Shown: piece by piece, positions 20,129 to 29,637 of the stretch | Layout of the letters: the number at the start of each line of letters is the position of its first letter | Numbering within the stretch: position 1 is the first letter of the stretch | Assembly (NCBI GenBank): GCA_963811055.1 | Contig: CAWEPQ010000001.1 | Coordinates: 60,390 to 124,389, forward strand | Direction of reading: 5' to 3' | Length of the DNA: 64,000 nucleotides | From: an uncultured Thermoleophilaceae bacterium | Lineage (GTDB): Bacteria > Actinomycetota > Thermoleophilia > Solirubrobacterales > Thermoleophilaceae | The notes under the pieces: model-generated | What the model saw: the letters and a program-made list of their open reading frames with translations, nothing else | Told to the model about the DNA's origin: nothing | Database searches by the model: none | Made by a program: the position numbers and the translations under genes

Positions 20129-20956
20129 TCAGCAGCGGCGGAGCCGCGTGGCGACGGCTCCCTGAATCGAGGCCGCTGCCTCTGAGGCCGCGGCCTCGGA
20201 CTCGAACAGCCCGAAGCAGGTGGGGCCTGAGCCGCTCACACAGGCCCCGAGAGCACCCGCCGCCCGCAGGGTGTCCAGCGCTTCGGCCACGTCCGGGAGG
20301 AGCGCGATGGCGGCCGGGCCCAGGTCGTTTTCGAGCACTCCGGCGAGCGTGCGCGCGTCCGCACCGGCGAGGCGCCGCAGCGGCGCCGGGTCGAGCCGCT
20401 CGCGCCACCCTGCGCGCCGGTCGAGCTCCGCGTAGACCTGACCGGCCGACAGCCCGCGCGGGTCCGGCACCAGCACCACGTCGACTGGCGGCAGCTCGAT
20501 CGGCTCGACCACCTCGCCGGTGCCGGTCACGACCGCGTGCCGTGGCTCGACCTGGCTCGGCACGTCCGAGCCGAGGCCGGCGGCCAGGGCACGGAGTGCC
20601 TCCGTGTCAAGCGGATCGCCCGCCAGCCGGTTGGCGGCCCGCAGCGCAGCCGCGGCGTCGGCGCTTCCGCCGCCGAGCCCGGCGGCTATCGGGATGCGCT
20701 TGTGTATGCGCACGGCGAGCGGCGGGAGCGCTCCGGCGACGCGCTCGCGAAACGCGGCCAGCGCCGCCCCGGCGAGGTTCTCGCCGTCCACGCCCGGACA
20801 GGTGACGGTGTCGGCGGCGCCGGGCGCCTCCTCCACCTCGAGCTCGTCCGCGAGCTCGAGTGACGCGAACAGCGACGCGATCGGATGCATGCCGCCGTCC
20901 GGCGGTCCGACATGGAGAACCAGGTTCAGCTTCGCCGGGGCGAGCTCGTGGACCAT
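20129..20956 (-). CDS. ispE: 4-diphosphocytidyl-2-C-methyl-D-erythritol kinase
   Basis: 275-aa ORF of the GHMP kinase family, with APAKLNLVLHV and IPIAAGLGGGSADAAAAL. Confidence 0.9.
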   Translation of the reverse strand: MVHELAPAKLNLVLHVGPPDGGMHPIASLFASLELADELEVEEAPGAADTVTCPGVDGENLAGAALAAFRERVAGALPPLAVRIHKRIPIAAGLGGGSADAAAALRAANRLAGDPLDTEALRALAAGLGSDVPSQVEPRHAVVTGTGEVVEPIELPPVDVVLVPDPRGLSAGQVYAELDRRAGWRERLDPAPLRRLAGADARTLAGVLENDLGPAAIALLPDVAEALDTLRAAGALGACVSGSGPTCFGLFESEAAASEAAASIQGAVATRLRRC

Positions 20957-20980
20957 TCGCGGCAGGCTACGTGGCGCGGG

Positions 20981-21811
20981 TCAGCGCCGGGCGAGCGCGT
21001 GGGCCAGGCGGGTCCAGTGCTCCGGGTGGAGCCGCTCCGCCCGCGCATCGGCCGGGAGCTCCATCAGCTCGAGCTCGGCGCGCACCGAGTCGCGGAGCCC
21101 GGGCGGCGATTCGGGCGCGAGCGCAAGGGACCCGGCGAGCGCCTTGCGCCGGTGGGCGAAGCCCGCGTGGACGAGCTCGCGCACGGCCTCGTCGGGCGCG
21201 GGGCCGCGGCGGCGCATCGACAGGAGCACGGAGTCCACGTGCGGCACGGGATGGAACACGGTGCGCGGGACCTTGCGGAGCACCCGCACCTCGCAGGCCA
21301 GCTGGGCGAGCACCGACGTGGCGCCGTACACGCGGCCGCCGGGACCGGCCGCGAGCCGCTCGCCGACCTCGCGCTGGGCCATCGCCACCCACAGGCTGGC
21401 CCCCGGCAGCTCGGCGATCGACTTGAGGAGGACGGTGGCGGCCACGCCATAGGGCAGGTTGGCCACCACCTTCGTGGGCGTGGGAACCAGAGCGCCGAAG
21501 TCGAGCTTGACGGCGTCGGCCAGGTGGAGCGTGGCGTTCTCGAACGGGGCGAGCGCCTCCAGCAGCGGCGGCTCGAGCGAGCGGTCGACCTCCACCACGT
21601 GCAGGTGCGCCACCCGGGGCGCCAGGTGCTCGGAGAGCACGCCGAGCCCGCCGCCCACCTCGAGCACCACGTCGCCGGGATCGAGCTCCGCGGCGCGCTC
21701 GATCACGCCCAGCAGGTTGTCGTCGATCAGGAAGTTCTGGCCGAGCTCGCGATTGGGGCGCACCTCGAACTGGCGCAGGCGCCGCATGCTCGCCTGGCGC
21801 GGCTCGCTCAC
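20981..21811 (-). CDS. rsmA: 16S rRNA (adenine1518/1519-N6)-dimethyltransferase
   Basis: 276-aa ORF with GQNFLID and the SAM motif LEVGGGLG. Confidence 0.9.
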   Translation of the reverse strand: MSEPRQASMRRLRQFEVRPNRELGQNFLIDDNLLGVIERAAELDPGDVVLEVGGGLGVLSEHLAPRVAHLHVVEVDRSLEPPLLEALAPFENATLHLADAVKLDFGALVPTPTKVVANLPYGVAATVLLKSIAELPGASLWVAMAQREVGERLAAGPGGRVYGATSVLAQLACEVRVLRKVPRTVFHPVPHVDSVLLSMRRRGPAPDEAVRELVHAGFAHRRKALAGSLALAPESPPGLRDSVRAELELMELPADARAERLHPEHWTRLAHALARR

Positions 21812-22560
21812 CAGCCGAACACCCGCGAAGCGTTGGCCTCAACCGCGTTCTCGACCTGCTCGTAGGAGACGCCACGCAGCTCGGCGACCCAGCGCGCGGT
21901 GTGGGTCACGTTCGCCGGCTCGTTCGGCTTCCCGCGCAGCGGCTGAGGCGCGAGGTAGGGCGCGTCGGTCTCCACGAGCAGCAGCTCCTCCGGCACCCGC
22001 CGCGCGGCCTCGTGGAGCTCCACGGCCTTGGGATAGGTGACGTTGCCGGCGAAGGAACAGAGGTAGCCGTGCTCGACGCATTCGTCGAGGCGCTCGGGCG
22101 CCGAGAAGCAGTGGAGGATCACCGCCGGGATCGCCCCCGCGTGCTCGCGCAGCAGCGCGAACGTGTCGTCCTCAGCGGCACGGGTGTGAATGGCCACCGG
22201 CAGCGCGAGCCGGCCGGCCAGCTCCAGCTGCGCCTCGAACGCCCGGCGCTGGTCGTCGCGGGGAGCGTGGTCGCGGTAGTAGTCGAGGCCCGTCTCCCCG
22301 ATGGCGCGCGCCACGGGATCGGCGGCCGCGCGCTCGATCTCCTCGAGGTCCGCCGCGCCGAACCCGGCGGTCTCGTGCGGGTGGCGACCGACGATCGCCG
22401 CCACGTCGGGGTTCTCCTGGGCCGCCGCAAGCGCCCGCTGGATCGAGGGCCCGTCCGTTCCCACCGTGGCCACCCGCCGGACGCCGGCGGCCCGGGCCCG
22501 CTCGAGGACCTCGGCCTCCGGGGCCTTGCAGAAGTCCAGGTGGCAGTGGGTGTCGACCAC
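21808..22560 (-). CDS. tatD: TatD-family metal-dependent hydrolase
   Basis: 250-aa ORF starting MVDTHCHLDF. It has a 4-nt overlap with rsmA. Confidence 0.9.
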   Translation of the reverse strand: MVDTHCHLDFCKAPEAEVLERARAAGVRRVATVGTDGPSIQRALAAAQENPDVAAIVGRHPHETAGFGAADLEEIERAAADPVARAIGETGLDYYRDHAPRDDQRRAFEAQLELAGRLALPVAIHTRAAEDDTFALLREHAGAIPAVILHCFSAPERLDECVEHGYLCSFAGNVTYPKAVELHEAARRVPEELLLVETDAPYLAPQPLRGKPNEPANVTHTARWVAELRGVSYEQVENAVEANASRVFGW

Positions 22561-22580
22561 CGGAAGCCCTCGGCCGGCCG

Positions 22581-24104
22581 CTAGGCCGCCGTGGCCTCGG
22601 AGGGCTCCACGCGCGGGAAGAGCTGACCGAGCTCCCCGATCCGCTCGCCGCCCGGAAGCGCACCGAAGCGGGCGTTGTCGAGCGACGGGTCCTCGCGCCC
22701 GAGCGCGGCGAGCAGCCGCTCGGCGGAGGCCGGCATGAACGCGAGCAGGAGCACCGACACCACGCGCATGCCCTCCGCCAGCGAGTAGAGCACCTGGTCC
22801 AGGTGCTCTGTCTCGGCGTCGTCCTTCGACAGCTTCCAGGGCTCCTCGTCCTGCACGAAGCGGTTGAGCCGCTTGACCCGCTGCCAGATCTCGTCGAGCG
22901 CCAGCGACGGCTCCACGCGGTCGAGCAGGTCCTTGACCGTGTCGGTCAGGCCGTCGAAGTCCTTGGCCAGCTCGGACGACGGCTCCGCCTCGGGCACCAC
23001 CCCGTCGCGGTAGCGCTCGATCATCGCGAGCGTGCGGCTGGCGAGGTTGCCGTACTCGTTGGCGAGCTCGGTGGTGTAGCGCGTCTCGAACCCCTCGGGC
23101 GAGACCTCGCCGTCCTGCCCGAACCGGACCTCGCGGAGCGCGTAGTAGCGCAGGGCGTCGGCCCCGTAGATCTCCACCACCTGGAACGGCTCGATGACGT
23201 TCCCCAGCGACTTGGACATCTTGTGCTCGCCGAGCAGGAGGAAGCCGTGGATGCCCACCTGGCGCGGCACCTCGATCTCGGCCGCCATCAGCAGCGCCGG
23301 CCAGATGACGGCGTGGAACTTGAGGATGTCCTTCCCGATGAGATGGAGCGAGGCGGGCCAGAACCGGTCGGTCAGGTCCTCGCCCTCACGCGCGTACGAG
23401 AGTGCCGTGTAGTAGTTGAGCAGCGCGTCGATCCAGACGTAGATGACCTGCGACTCGTCCCACGGGACCGGCACGCCCCACTTGAGCCGCGACCGGCTGA
23501 GCGACAGGTCCTGCAGCCCGCCCTTGATGAACGAGAGCGCCTCGTTGAAGCGCTCCTGCGGGACCACGAAGTCGGGGCGCTCCGCGTAGAGGCGCTCGAG
23601 CGGCTCCTGAAACGCCGACAGCCGGAAGAACCAGTTGTCCTCGACCTCCCAGTCGAGCTCGATCTTGTGGATCGCGCAGCGATTGCCGTCCTCGATCTCC
23701 GAGTCGGTCTTGAAGTCCGCGCAGCGCGGGCAGAACCAGCCCTCGTAGGTGCCCTCGAAGACGTGCCCGTTGTCGTGGATCTTCTGCACGACCTCGGCGA
23801 CCTTCTCGAGGTGCTCGGTGTCGGTCGTGCGGATGAAGAAGTCGTTCGTGGCGTTGAGCTTGGCCGCCAGCTCCCGGAAGCGGACGGCGTTGCGGTCGCC
23901 CAGCTCACGCGGCGTGATGCCCTCACGCTCGGCCGCGAGCGCAACCGGCTCGCCGTGCTCGTCGGTGCCGGTCAGGAAGAACACGTCCTCCCCGCGCTGG
24001 CGCATGTGACGGGCCAGCACGTCAGCCGCGATCGTCGTGTAGGCGTGCCCGAGATGGGGCTCCCCGTTCACGTAGTAGATCGGCGTGGTGACGTAGTAAG
24101 CCAT
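22581..24104 (-). CDS. metG: methionine--tRNA ligase
   Basis: 507-aa ORF with the class I HIGH-type motif (PHLGHAY) and KMSKSLGN. Confidence 0.95.
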   Translation of the reverse strand: MAYYVTTPIYYVNGEPHLGHAYTTIAADVLARHMRQRGEDVFFLTGTDEHGEPVALAAEREGITPRELGDRNAVRFRELAAKLNATNDFFIRTTDTEHLEKVAEVVQKIHDNGHVFEGTYEGWFCPRCADFKTDSEIEDGNRCAIHKIELDWEVEDNWFFRLSAFQEPLERLYAERPDFVVPQERFNEALSFIKGGLQDLSLSRSRLKWGVPVPWDESQVIYVWIDALLNYYTALSYAREGEDLTDRFWPASLHLIGKDILKFHAVIWPALLMAAEIEVPRQVGIHGFLLLGEHKMSKSLGNVIEPFQVVEIYGADALRYYALREVRFGQDGEVSPEGFETRYTTELANEYGNLASRTLAMIERYRDGVVPEAEPSSELAKDFDGLTDTVKDLLDRVEPSLALDEIWQRVKRLNRFVQDEEPWKLSKDDAETEHLDQVLYSLAEGMRVVSVLLLAFMPASAERLLAALGREDPSLDNARFGALPGGERIGELGQLFPRVEPSEATAA

Positions 24105-24116
24105 CGCTTCTCGATG

Positions 24117-24975
24117 CTACTCGCGCGTCCGCGCACCCCGCCGGCAGCGGCATCGGTGCGGCGAGCCGGCCCTGCCGATCGAGAGCACGAGCGCCGCGGC
24201 GAGCATGCCGGCGCACGCGGCCACCCACCCGACGTCCGGCCCGCCGTGACCCGGCGCCGGCCGGGCGGCGTGGGAACCACGGCCCTCCGGCACCGGCGCG
24301 GGAGCGGCTGCCCGGCCGCCGATCGGTGCGGGCCCGAGGCCGGGCGCGGGAGCCGGCAGTGGCCGCGCCGAGGGACTCGGGGCCGCAGCGGAACAGCCCG
24401 CGGCGCCGGGACGGGTGCGGGCGCCGGCGCCGGCGCGGGCGCGCGGGTACCGGCACGGCCACGGGCACCGCCTGCGGCGGCCTCACCGGTGGCGCCGCGA
24501 GCGGCGGGAGAAGCGTGAGCGGATCGACGTAGGCGTGCCGGGTGCCGGCCGCGCGCACACCGAGGTGCAGGTGCGGACGTTCGAGCGAGCGGACACCGGT
24601 CGTGCCGACCGTCCCGATTGCCTGCCCGATCGCGAGACGGGCGCCGGGCCGAACCGCGATCGACCCCAGGTGCAGGTAGGCGACGTCGAAGCGGCCGTCC
24701 TCACTCCGCACGCTGACGGTCGATCCCGACGAGCCCGCGGTGCCCGCGAAGCGCACGAGTCCCGCTGAGGCCGCCACCACGGGAGCCCCGACGCGACCGG
24801 CGATGTCGATGCCGCGGTGTTGCCCCGCCGCATATGGGTCGTCGCCGTTGCGATACGCCGTGACCACCTCGCCGTCGAGCGGCCAGGTCCATGCGGCGAG
24901 CGCGGTTGGCGGAGCGAGCAGGAGGGCGCCCGCCGCCACGGCGGTTGCGATCGCGAGTCGGGACATGGCGGCCAC
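24117..24975 (-). pseudogene. secreted M23 family metallopeptidase, 3' part apparently frameshifted
   Basis: Track ORF 24022..24975 has a signal peptide and the M23 motifs HRGIDI and HLHLGV. It then turns into an Arg-rich tail that overlaps metG by 83 nt. An alternative reverse frame encodes a Pro/Ala linker and the TM helix VGWVAACAGMLAAALVLSIG, and stops at 24117-24119. Confidence 0.7.
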
Positions 24976-25052
24976 CGTAGGTCGGCGCCAGCCGCTTGCG
25001 GCACGGGTTTTACGTATCCGTGCGCCGTCGTGGCAAAGCCGTCACGGTCGTG

Positions 25053-25865
25053 TCAGTCCGACGTGAGCGCCCGGTAGAGCGCGTTCGCGCTCCCGCCGGT
25101 GAGCTCCGCCACGACGGCCGCCGCGCGGCGCGGCTTTGCGCCCGCGTCGACCAGCTCGCGCAACGCGTCGAGCGCGGCTCCCTCGGGCCCCGCGTCCGGC
25201 CGTGCGGTCGGCGCGAGGACCAGCACCACCTCGCCGCGCGGCGGCGCCTCGGCGTAGCGCTCCGCGAGCTCGGCTGCGCTCCCGCGCACCACCTCCTCGT
25301 GTGCCTTGGTCAGCTCGCGACAGACCGCGACCTGACGCTCCGGCTCGAGTGCCGCCACCGCCGCCAGCGTCGCGGGAACGCGCCGCGGCGACTCGAAGGC
25401 GACCAGCGTTCCGCCCGGCTCGCGAAGCACTGTCTCAAGCTCCGCGCGCTTGCGCGGCAGGAAGCCCTGGAAGCGCCACTCGGCGGCGGGCAGGCCGGAA
25501 GCCACGAGCGCCGTGATGGGCGCGGACGGCCCCGGCAGCACCTCCACCGGCAGCCCGGCGGCCACGCAGCCGCGCACGAGCAGGAACCCCGGGTCCGACA
25601 CGAGCGGCATGCCGGCGTCGGACACGAGCGCCACGGTGGCGCCCTCGCGCATGCGCTCCACGAGCTCGGCGGCGCGGGCCCGCTCGTTGTGCTCGTGGTA
25701 GGACAGGAGCCGCGCCTTCACGCCGTAGCGGTCGAGCAGCACTCGGGTGCGCCGCGTGTCCTCGCAGGCCACCACATCCGCTTCGCGAAGCGCGGCGAGC
25801 ACGCGCAGCGTGATGTCCTCCAGGTTGCCGATCGGGGTGGGACAGACCACCAGCCGCCCGCTCAC
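25053..25865 (-). CDS. rsmI: 16S rRNA (cytidine1402-2'-O)-methyltransferase
   Basis: Frame of ORF 25053..26891 trimmed to GTG 25865, which forms a GTGA overlap with the ROK stop. 270 aa, with LVVCPTPIGNLEDITLRVL, typical of RsmI. Confidence 0.85.
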   Translation of the reverse strand: MSGRLVVCPTPIGNLEDITLRVLAALREADVVACEDTRRTRVLLDRYGVKARLLSYHEHNERARAAELVERMREGATVALVSDAGMPLVSDPGFLLVRGCVAAGLPVEVLPGPSAPITALVASGLPAAEWRFQGFLPRKRAELETVLREPGGTLVAFESPRRVPATLAAVAALEPERQVAVCRELTKAHEEVVRGSAAELAERYAEAPPRGEVVLVLAPTARPDAGPEGAALDALRELVDAGAKPRRAAAVVAELTGGSANALYRALTSD

Positions 25866-26818
25866 GAGAGGCCGCCGTCCAGCGCCAGCAGGGCCGCTCC
25901 GAGCATTCCCGACTCGGCGCCGAAGAGAGCGGGCACGATCTCGACGAGCTCGCGCGAGGGCGGCAGCGCACGCTCCGCCACCACCTGGCGCGCCGGCTCG
26001 ATCAGGAGCTCCCCCGCCGCCACCGCCCCACCCCCGATCACGATCATCTCGGGGTTGAGCGCGTTCACGATGCTCACGAGCCCGGCACCGAGTCGCCGGC
26101 CCACGTTGGCGAGCGTTTCGCGCGCGGCGTCGTCGCCGTCGTGGGCGAGCTCGGTGGCGATCGCGCCGGTGATCTCCGCACCCGCGGCCAGCCGCCGGCC
26201 GAGCGCCGACTCGGGCCGTTCGGCCGCCAGGCGCTCCGCCTCGCGCCCGATCGCGGTTCCCGACGCCAGCACCTCGAGGCAGCCCCGCCCGGGGCAGGCG
26301 CCCTGGCAGTCGGGACCGTCGTAGTCCACGACCATGTGGCCGAGCTCGGCCCCGAGGCCGGTCGCGCCGCGGTAGATACGGCCGTCGAGCAGGAGGCCAC
26401 CGCCGATGCCGGTGCCCAGCAGGACCATCGCCGCGTGGCTGCGGCCGGCGGCGGCGCCGTGACGGTGCTCCGCAAGCAGCGCGACGTTGGCGTCGTTGTC
26501 CACGTGCACGGGAACGCCCAGGCGCTCGCTCATCAGATCCCGGAAGGGAACGCCCTCGAGCGGAAGGTGCGTGGACCACGCACTCGAACCACTCTCCTGA
26601 TGCACGAGAGCAGGAAGACCGAATGCCACCGCATCCACGTCGGGAGCGGCAGCGCGGATCTCCTCGACCGCCTCGACGAAGATGTCGAGCGTCTCCTGAC
26701 GGTCCGCGCCGCGCCAGATCCGATGCACCCTGTGGTGCACCACGAGTTGCTCGTCGACGACGCCGCCGAGGAGCTTCGTGCCCCCCGCGTCGACGCCGAT
26801 AACCCGTCTCGGAGGCAT
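25862..26818 (-). CDS. ROK-family sugar kinase (glucokinase-like)
   Basis: 318-aa ORF with the VIGVDAGGTK ATP motif and the ROK Cys-rich region GHMVVDYDGPDCQGACPGRGCLE. Confidence 0.85.
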   Translation of the reverse strand: MPPRRVIGVDAGGTKLLGGVVDEQLVVHHRVHRIWRGADRQETLDIFVEAVEEIRAAAPDVDAVAFGLPALVHQESGSSAWSTHLPLEGVPFRDLMSERLGVPVHVDNDANVALLAEHRHGAAAGRSHAAMVLLGTGIGGGLLLDGRIYRGATGLGAELGHMVVDYDGPDCQGACPGRGCLEVLASGTAIGREAERLAAERPESALGRRLAAGAEITGAIATELAHDGDDAARETLANVGRRLGAGLVSIVNALNPEMIVIGGGAVAAGELLIEPARQVVAERALPPSRELVEIVPALFGAESGMLGAALLALDGGLS

Positions 26819-26841
26819 GGCCGGACGATATACAGGGTCTG

Positions 26842-27936
26842 GTGAACGACCCTCCGCGCAACCCGGCCGAGCCGGGTCCGCCCGAATACAACGTCTACCG
26901 GTCCCGCCGCCGCGGGCCCAGCAAGCTGTCGGGCGGAGGCGACCTCGACGCGCTCCGCAAGCGGCTCTCGCGCTTCCGCGACCGCGAGCCGCGCGAGCCC
27001 GGCGAGCGCCGCGGCATCACCCCCGGGCGAGTGATCAAGTGGATCGTGATCGCAGTCGTCGCGTGGCTGCTCCTGTCGCTCGTGCTCTTCCTCGTCAGCG
27101 CCCAAACCCAGGAGGGCGTGTCCGAAAGAGCCGAGCGCGCGCTGTCGAGCGACGGCAGCCTGCTCACGGGCAGCACGATCCTCGTGCTCGGGTCCGACGC
27201 GCGCACCGGCGAGTCGATCGACCAGTCCCAGCAGGGACCGTCGCGGGCCGACACGATCATGCTGGTGCGCGCCGCGTTCGGCGGCGTGCGCAAGCTCTCG
27301 ATCCCGCGCGACTCGTTCGCGGAGATCCCCGGCCATGGCGGGCAGAAGATCAACGCGGCCTATGCGCTCGGCGGCCCGGCGCTCATGATCCGGACTGTCG
27401 AGGGGTTCATGGGCAACGGCGTGGAGGTCAACCACCTGATCGAGGTCGACTTCAAGAACTTCCCGAAGCTGATCGACGCGCTCGGGGGCATCGATGTGCA
27501 GGTGGAGCACCGCATCTGCTCGCCGCCGTTCGACAACTTCTGGAAGGGCCTTCGCTTCAAGAAGGGCGAGCAGCACCTGGACGGGGAGCGGGCACTCGGC
27601 TTCGCCCGGATCCGGAAGAACGCGTGCGCGCCCAACGAGACCGACATCGAGCGCGCGCAGCGCCAGCAGCAGGTGCTGACCGCTATCAAGGACAGCGCCG
27701 TGTCCCCGAGCACGTTCTTCCGGCTGCCGCTGGTGAGCTGGCGGGCGCCGCGGGCGCTGAAGACGGACATGAACGGGCCGCAGCTGCTGGCGCTGTTCGC
27801 CGACTTCGCGACGGGCGGCGGCGACCAGACGATGGTGCTCGAGCCCTCGTGCCTGTCATGTGGACCGGCCGGGAGCCTCGTGGTGTCGGCGGGCGCCAAG
27901 TCCGACGCCGCGGACAAGTTGCTCAACGGCGACTGA
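26842..27936 (+). CDS. LytR-CpsA-Psr (LCP) family cell-envelope phosphotransferase
   Basis: 364-aa ORF with an N-terminal TM helix. The LCP core is ILVLGSDAR..RADTIMLV..SIPRDS..INAAYA. Confidence 0.85.
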   Translation: MNDPPRNPAEPGPPEYNVYRSRRRGPSKLSGGGDLDALRKRLSRFRDREPREPGERRGITPGRVIKWIVIAVVAWLLLSLVLFLVSAQTQEGVSERAERALSSDGSLLTGSTILVLGSDARTGESIDQSQQGPSRADTIMLVRAAFGGVRKLSIPRDSFAEIPGHGGQKINAAYALGGPALMIRTVEGFMGNGVEVNHLIEVDFKNFPKLIDALGGIDVQVEHRICSPPFDNFWKGLRFKKGEQHLDGERALGFARIRKNACAPNETDIERAQRQQQVLTAIKDSAVSPSTFFRLPLVSWRAPRALKTDMNGPQLLALFADFATGGGDQTMVLEPSCLSCGPAGSLVVSAGAKSDAADKLLNGD

Positions 27937-28003
27937 AGACAAGTTGCAGTCTGGCTGCGGGAATCTGCCAGAGTGAGCGACGGATTCCATCTGAGGAGAG
28001 AGA

Positions 28004-29167
28004 TTGTCCCGTCCTGCCCGCATCGCCCTGCTCTGCCTGCTAGCCCTGGTAGTGGCCGCTCCCGCAGCCGAGGCCAAGGTCCCCAAGGCCCCGGCCGGCC
28101 TGAAGCTCTACAAGCCGCCGAAGGCGCTGGCCAAGTACACGCACGGCGACCTGATCTGGGCGCGCAAGGTGGGCAACCCGCTGCCGCAGGCCGGACGCAC
28201 GTGGACGCTCCTCTACCGCTCGACGAGCATCCGCGGCAAGGCGATCGGCGTGTCGGGCTTCGTGATGCTCCCGCGCGGCAAGGCGCCCAAGGGCGGCTGG
28301 CCGGTGGTCAGCTGGGCGCACGGCACGAGCGGCATCGCCGACTCCTGCGCTCCCTCGCGTGAGCCGAAGGGCCCCTACACCTTCTATGCGGCACCGCAGT
28401 TCGGCGCATGGCTCAAGGCGGGCTACGCCATCGCGAACACCGACTACGAGGGCCTCGGCACGCCCGGCGTGCATCCCTACCTCGTGGGCCGCTCGGCCGG
28501 CCGCGGGGTGGTTGACATCGTGCGCGCCTCGCGCCAGATCGACGGGCGCCTGAGCCGGCGCTACGTGATCGCCGGCCACTCCCAGGGTGGCCACGCGGCG
28601 CTGTTCGCAGCCGCCCTAGGCCCGAAGTGGGCGCCCGAGCTGAAGCTGCGCGGGGTGGCGGCGTTCGCCCCCGCCTCGCATCTCGGCCTCCTCAGCCGTG
28701 CGCTCACCGGCTTCACCACCCCGAGCGGTTTCTCAGGACTGGCCGCGATGGTCCTCCGCGGCGTTTCCTCGGTCTACCCGCAGGTCAAGAAGAAGGAGAT
28801 CGCCTCCGATCAGGCGCTCGCGCTGCTTCCCAAGGTCGACCAGGTGTGTCTCGGTGAGCTCAACAGCCCGTCGCTGTTCGGCGGACTGGCGCCCGCCTCC
28901 CTGATCCGTCCCGGCGCCGACATGTCGAAGCTGAACACGATCCTCGACGCCCAGAACCCGAACCTCAAGATCGCGGCGCCGATCCTCATGGCTCAGGGGC
29001 TCAGCGACACCACCGTGTTCCCGTTCATGTCGAACCAGCTCGACACGGAGCTGAAGGACGGCGGGAACAAGGTCACGTACCTGACCTTCCCCGACGTCGA
29101 TCACGTGGGTGTGGTCGGAGCCGCGGACGCCAGGACGAGGACGTTCTTCGCCGCGCGCCTGAAGTAG
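28004..29167 (+). CDS. secreted alpha/beta-hydrolase, secretory lipase (LIP)-like
   Basis: 387-aa ORF with a signal peptide (LLALVVAAPAAEA) and the nucleophile elbow GHSQGG. Confidence 0.75.
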   Translation: MSRPARIALLCLLALVVAAPAAEAKVPKAPAGLKLYKPPKALAKYTHGDLIWARKVGNPLPQAGRTWTLLYRSTSIRGKAIGVSGFVMLPRGKAPKGGWPVVSWAHGTSGIADSCAPSREPKGPYTFYAAPQFGAWLKAGYAIANTDYEGLGTPGVHPYLVGRSAGRGVVDIVRASRQIDGRLSRRYVIAGHSQGGHAALFAAALGPKWAPELKLRGVAAFAPASHLGLLSRALTGFTTPSGFSGLAAMVLRGVSSVYPQVKKKEIASDQALALLPKVDQVCLGELNSPSLFGGLAPASLIRPGADMSKLNTILDAQNPNLKIAAPILMAQGLSDTTVFPFMSNQLDTELKDGGNKVTYLTFPDVDHVGVVGAADARTRTFFAARLK

Positions 29168-29170
29168 CGC

Positions 29171-29506
29171 TCAGTCGGAGTTGGACTTCGAGGAAGACGA
29201 AGAGGAGGAGGAGTCCGACTTGGAGTCGGACTTCGAGCCCGATTTGGCGTCCGACTTGGAATCGGAGTTCGAGGACGTGGTCGACGACGAGGACTCCTTC
29301 GAAGAGTCCGAGCCTCCGGCCGGCGCCTTCTTCTTGCCGTAGTCGGTGTTGTAGAAGCCCGAGCCCTTGAAGTGGACCGCCACGGGGTGGAAGACCCGCT
29401 GCACGGCTGCACCACAGACCGTGCACTCGGTAATCGGATCGTCCGTCATCCGCTGCATCACCTCGAAGGTGTGGCCTTTCTTGCAGCGGTATTCGTAAAT
29501 GGGCAT
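29171..29506 (-). CDS. FmdB-family zinc-ribbon protein with Ser-rich tail
   Basis: Track ORF 29171..29575 trimmed to ATG 29506. MPIYEYRCKKGHTFEV..CTVCG is the CxxC_CxxC_SSSS zinc ribbon. A low-complexity Ser/Asp/Lys tail of about 55 aa follows. Confidence 0.8.
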   Translation of the reverse strand: MPIYEYRCKKGHTFEVMQRMTDDPITECTVCGAAVQRVFHPVAVHFKGSGFYNTDYGKKKAPAGGSDSSKESSSSTTSSNSDSKSDAKSGSKSDSKSDSSSSSSSSKSNSD

Positions 29507-29525
29507 ACCGCTTCGAGTATATGAG

Positions 29526-29617
29526 CGGCACGCCGGGCGCTTACGCAGGGAGAACGTCGGTGCGCACCCGGCCAAGCCGGGTGCTTCCGCAAGACCCGGC
29601 GCTACTCTGGCGTGCCG
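29526..29617 (+). promoter_or_regulatory. structured 5' leader of glyQS (long-range helix enclosing repeat copy B)
   Basis: CGGCACGCC (29526-29534) is perfectly complementary to GGCGTGCCG (29609-29617). These two segments enclose the 9-bp hairpin at 29564-29584. The 3' arm abuts the in-frame GTG at 29617-29619 (sharing G29617) and ends 20 nt before ATG 29638. Confidence 0.45.
29559..29588. repeat. 30-nt double-palindrome element, copy B (GGTGCGCACCCGGCCAAGCCGGGTGCTTCC)
   Basis: 29 of 30 nt are identical to 10787..10816. The single difference falls in the 3-nt loop (CAA versus CGA). Confidence 0.8.
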
Positions 29618-29637
29618 TGACGACCGATGTAGTGACG

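Noticed and set aside
10787-29588. The two 30-nt direct repeats as att-like boundaries of an 18.8-kb genomic island.
   Set aside because: The interval contains core genes (pth, rplY, prs, glmU, ispE, rsmA, metG, rsmI and others) in conserved order. It has no integrase, and the composition is native apart from the HNH gene.
29526-29637. T-box riboswitch upstream of glyQS.
   Set aside because: I found no match to the T-box 14-mer (GGGUGGUACCGCG-like) and no recognisable specifier loop with a GGC codon. The central hairpin also occurs next to mfd, so it is not glyQS-specific. I kept it only as an unclassified structured leader.
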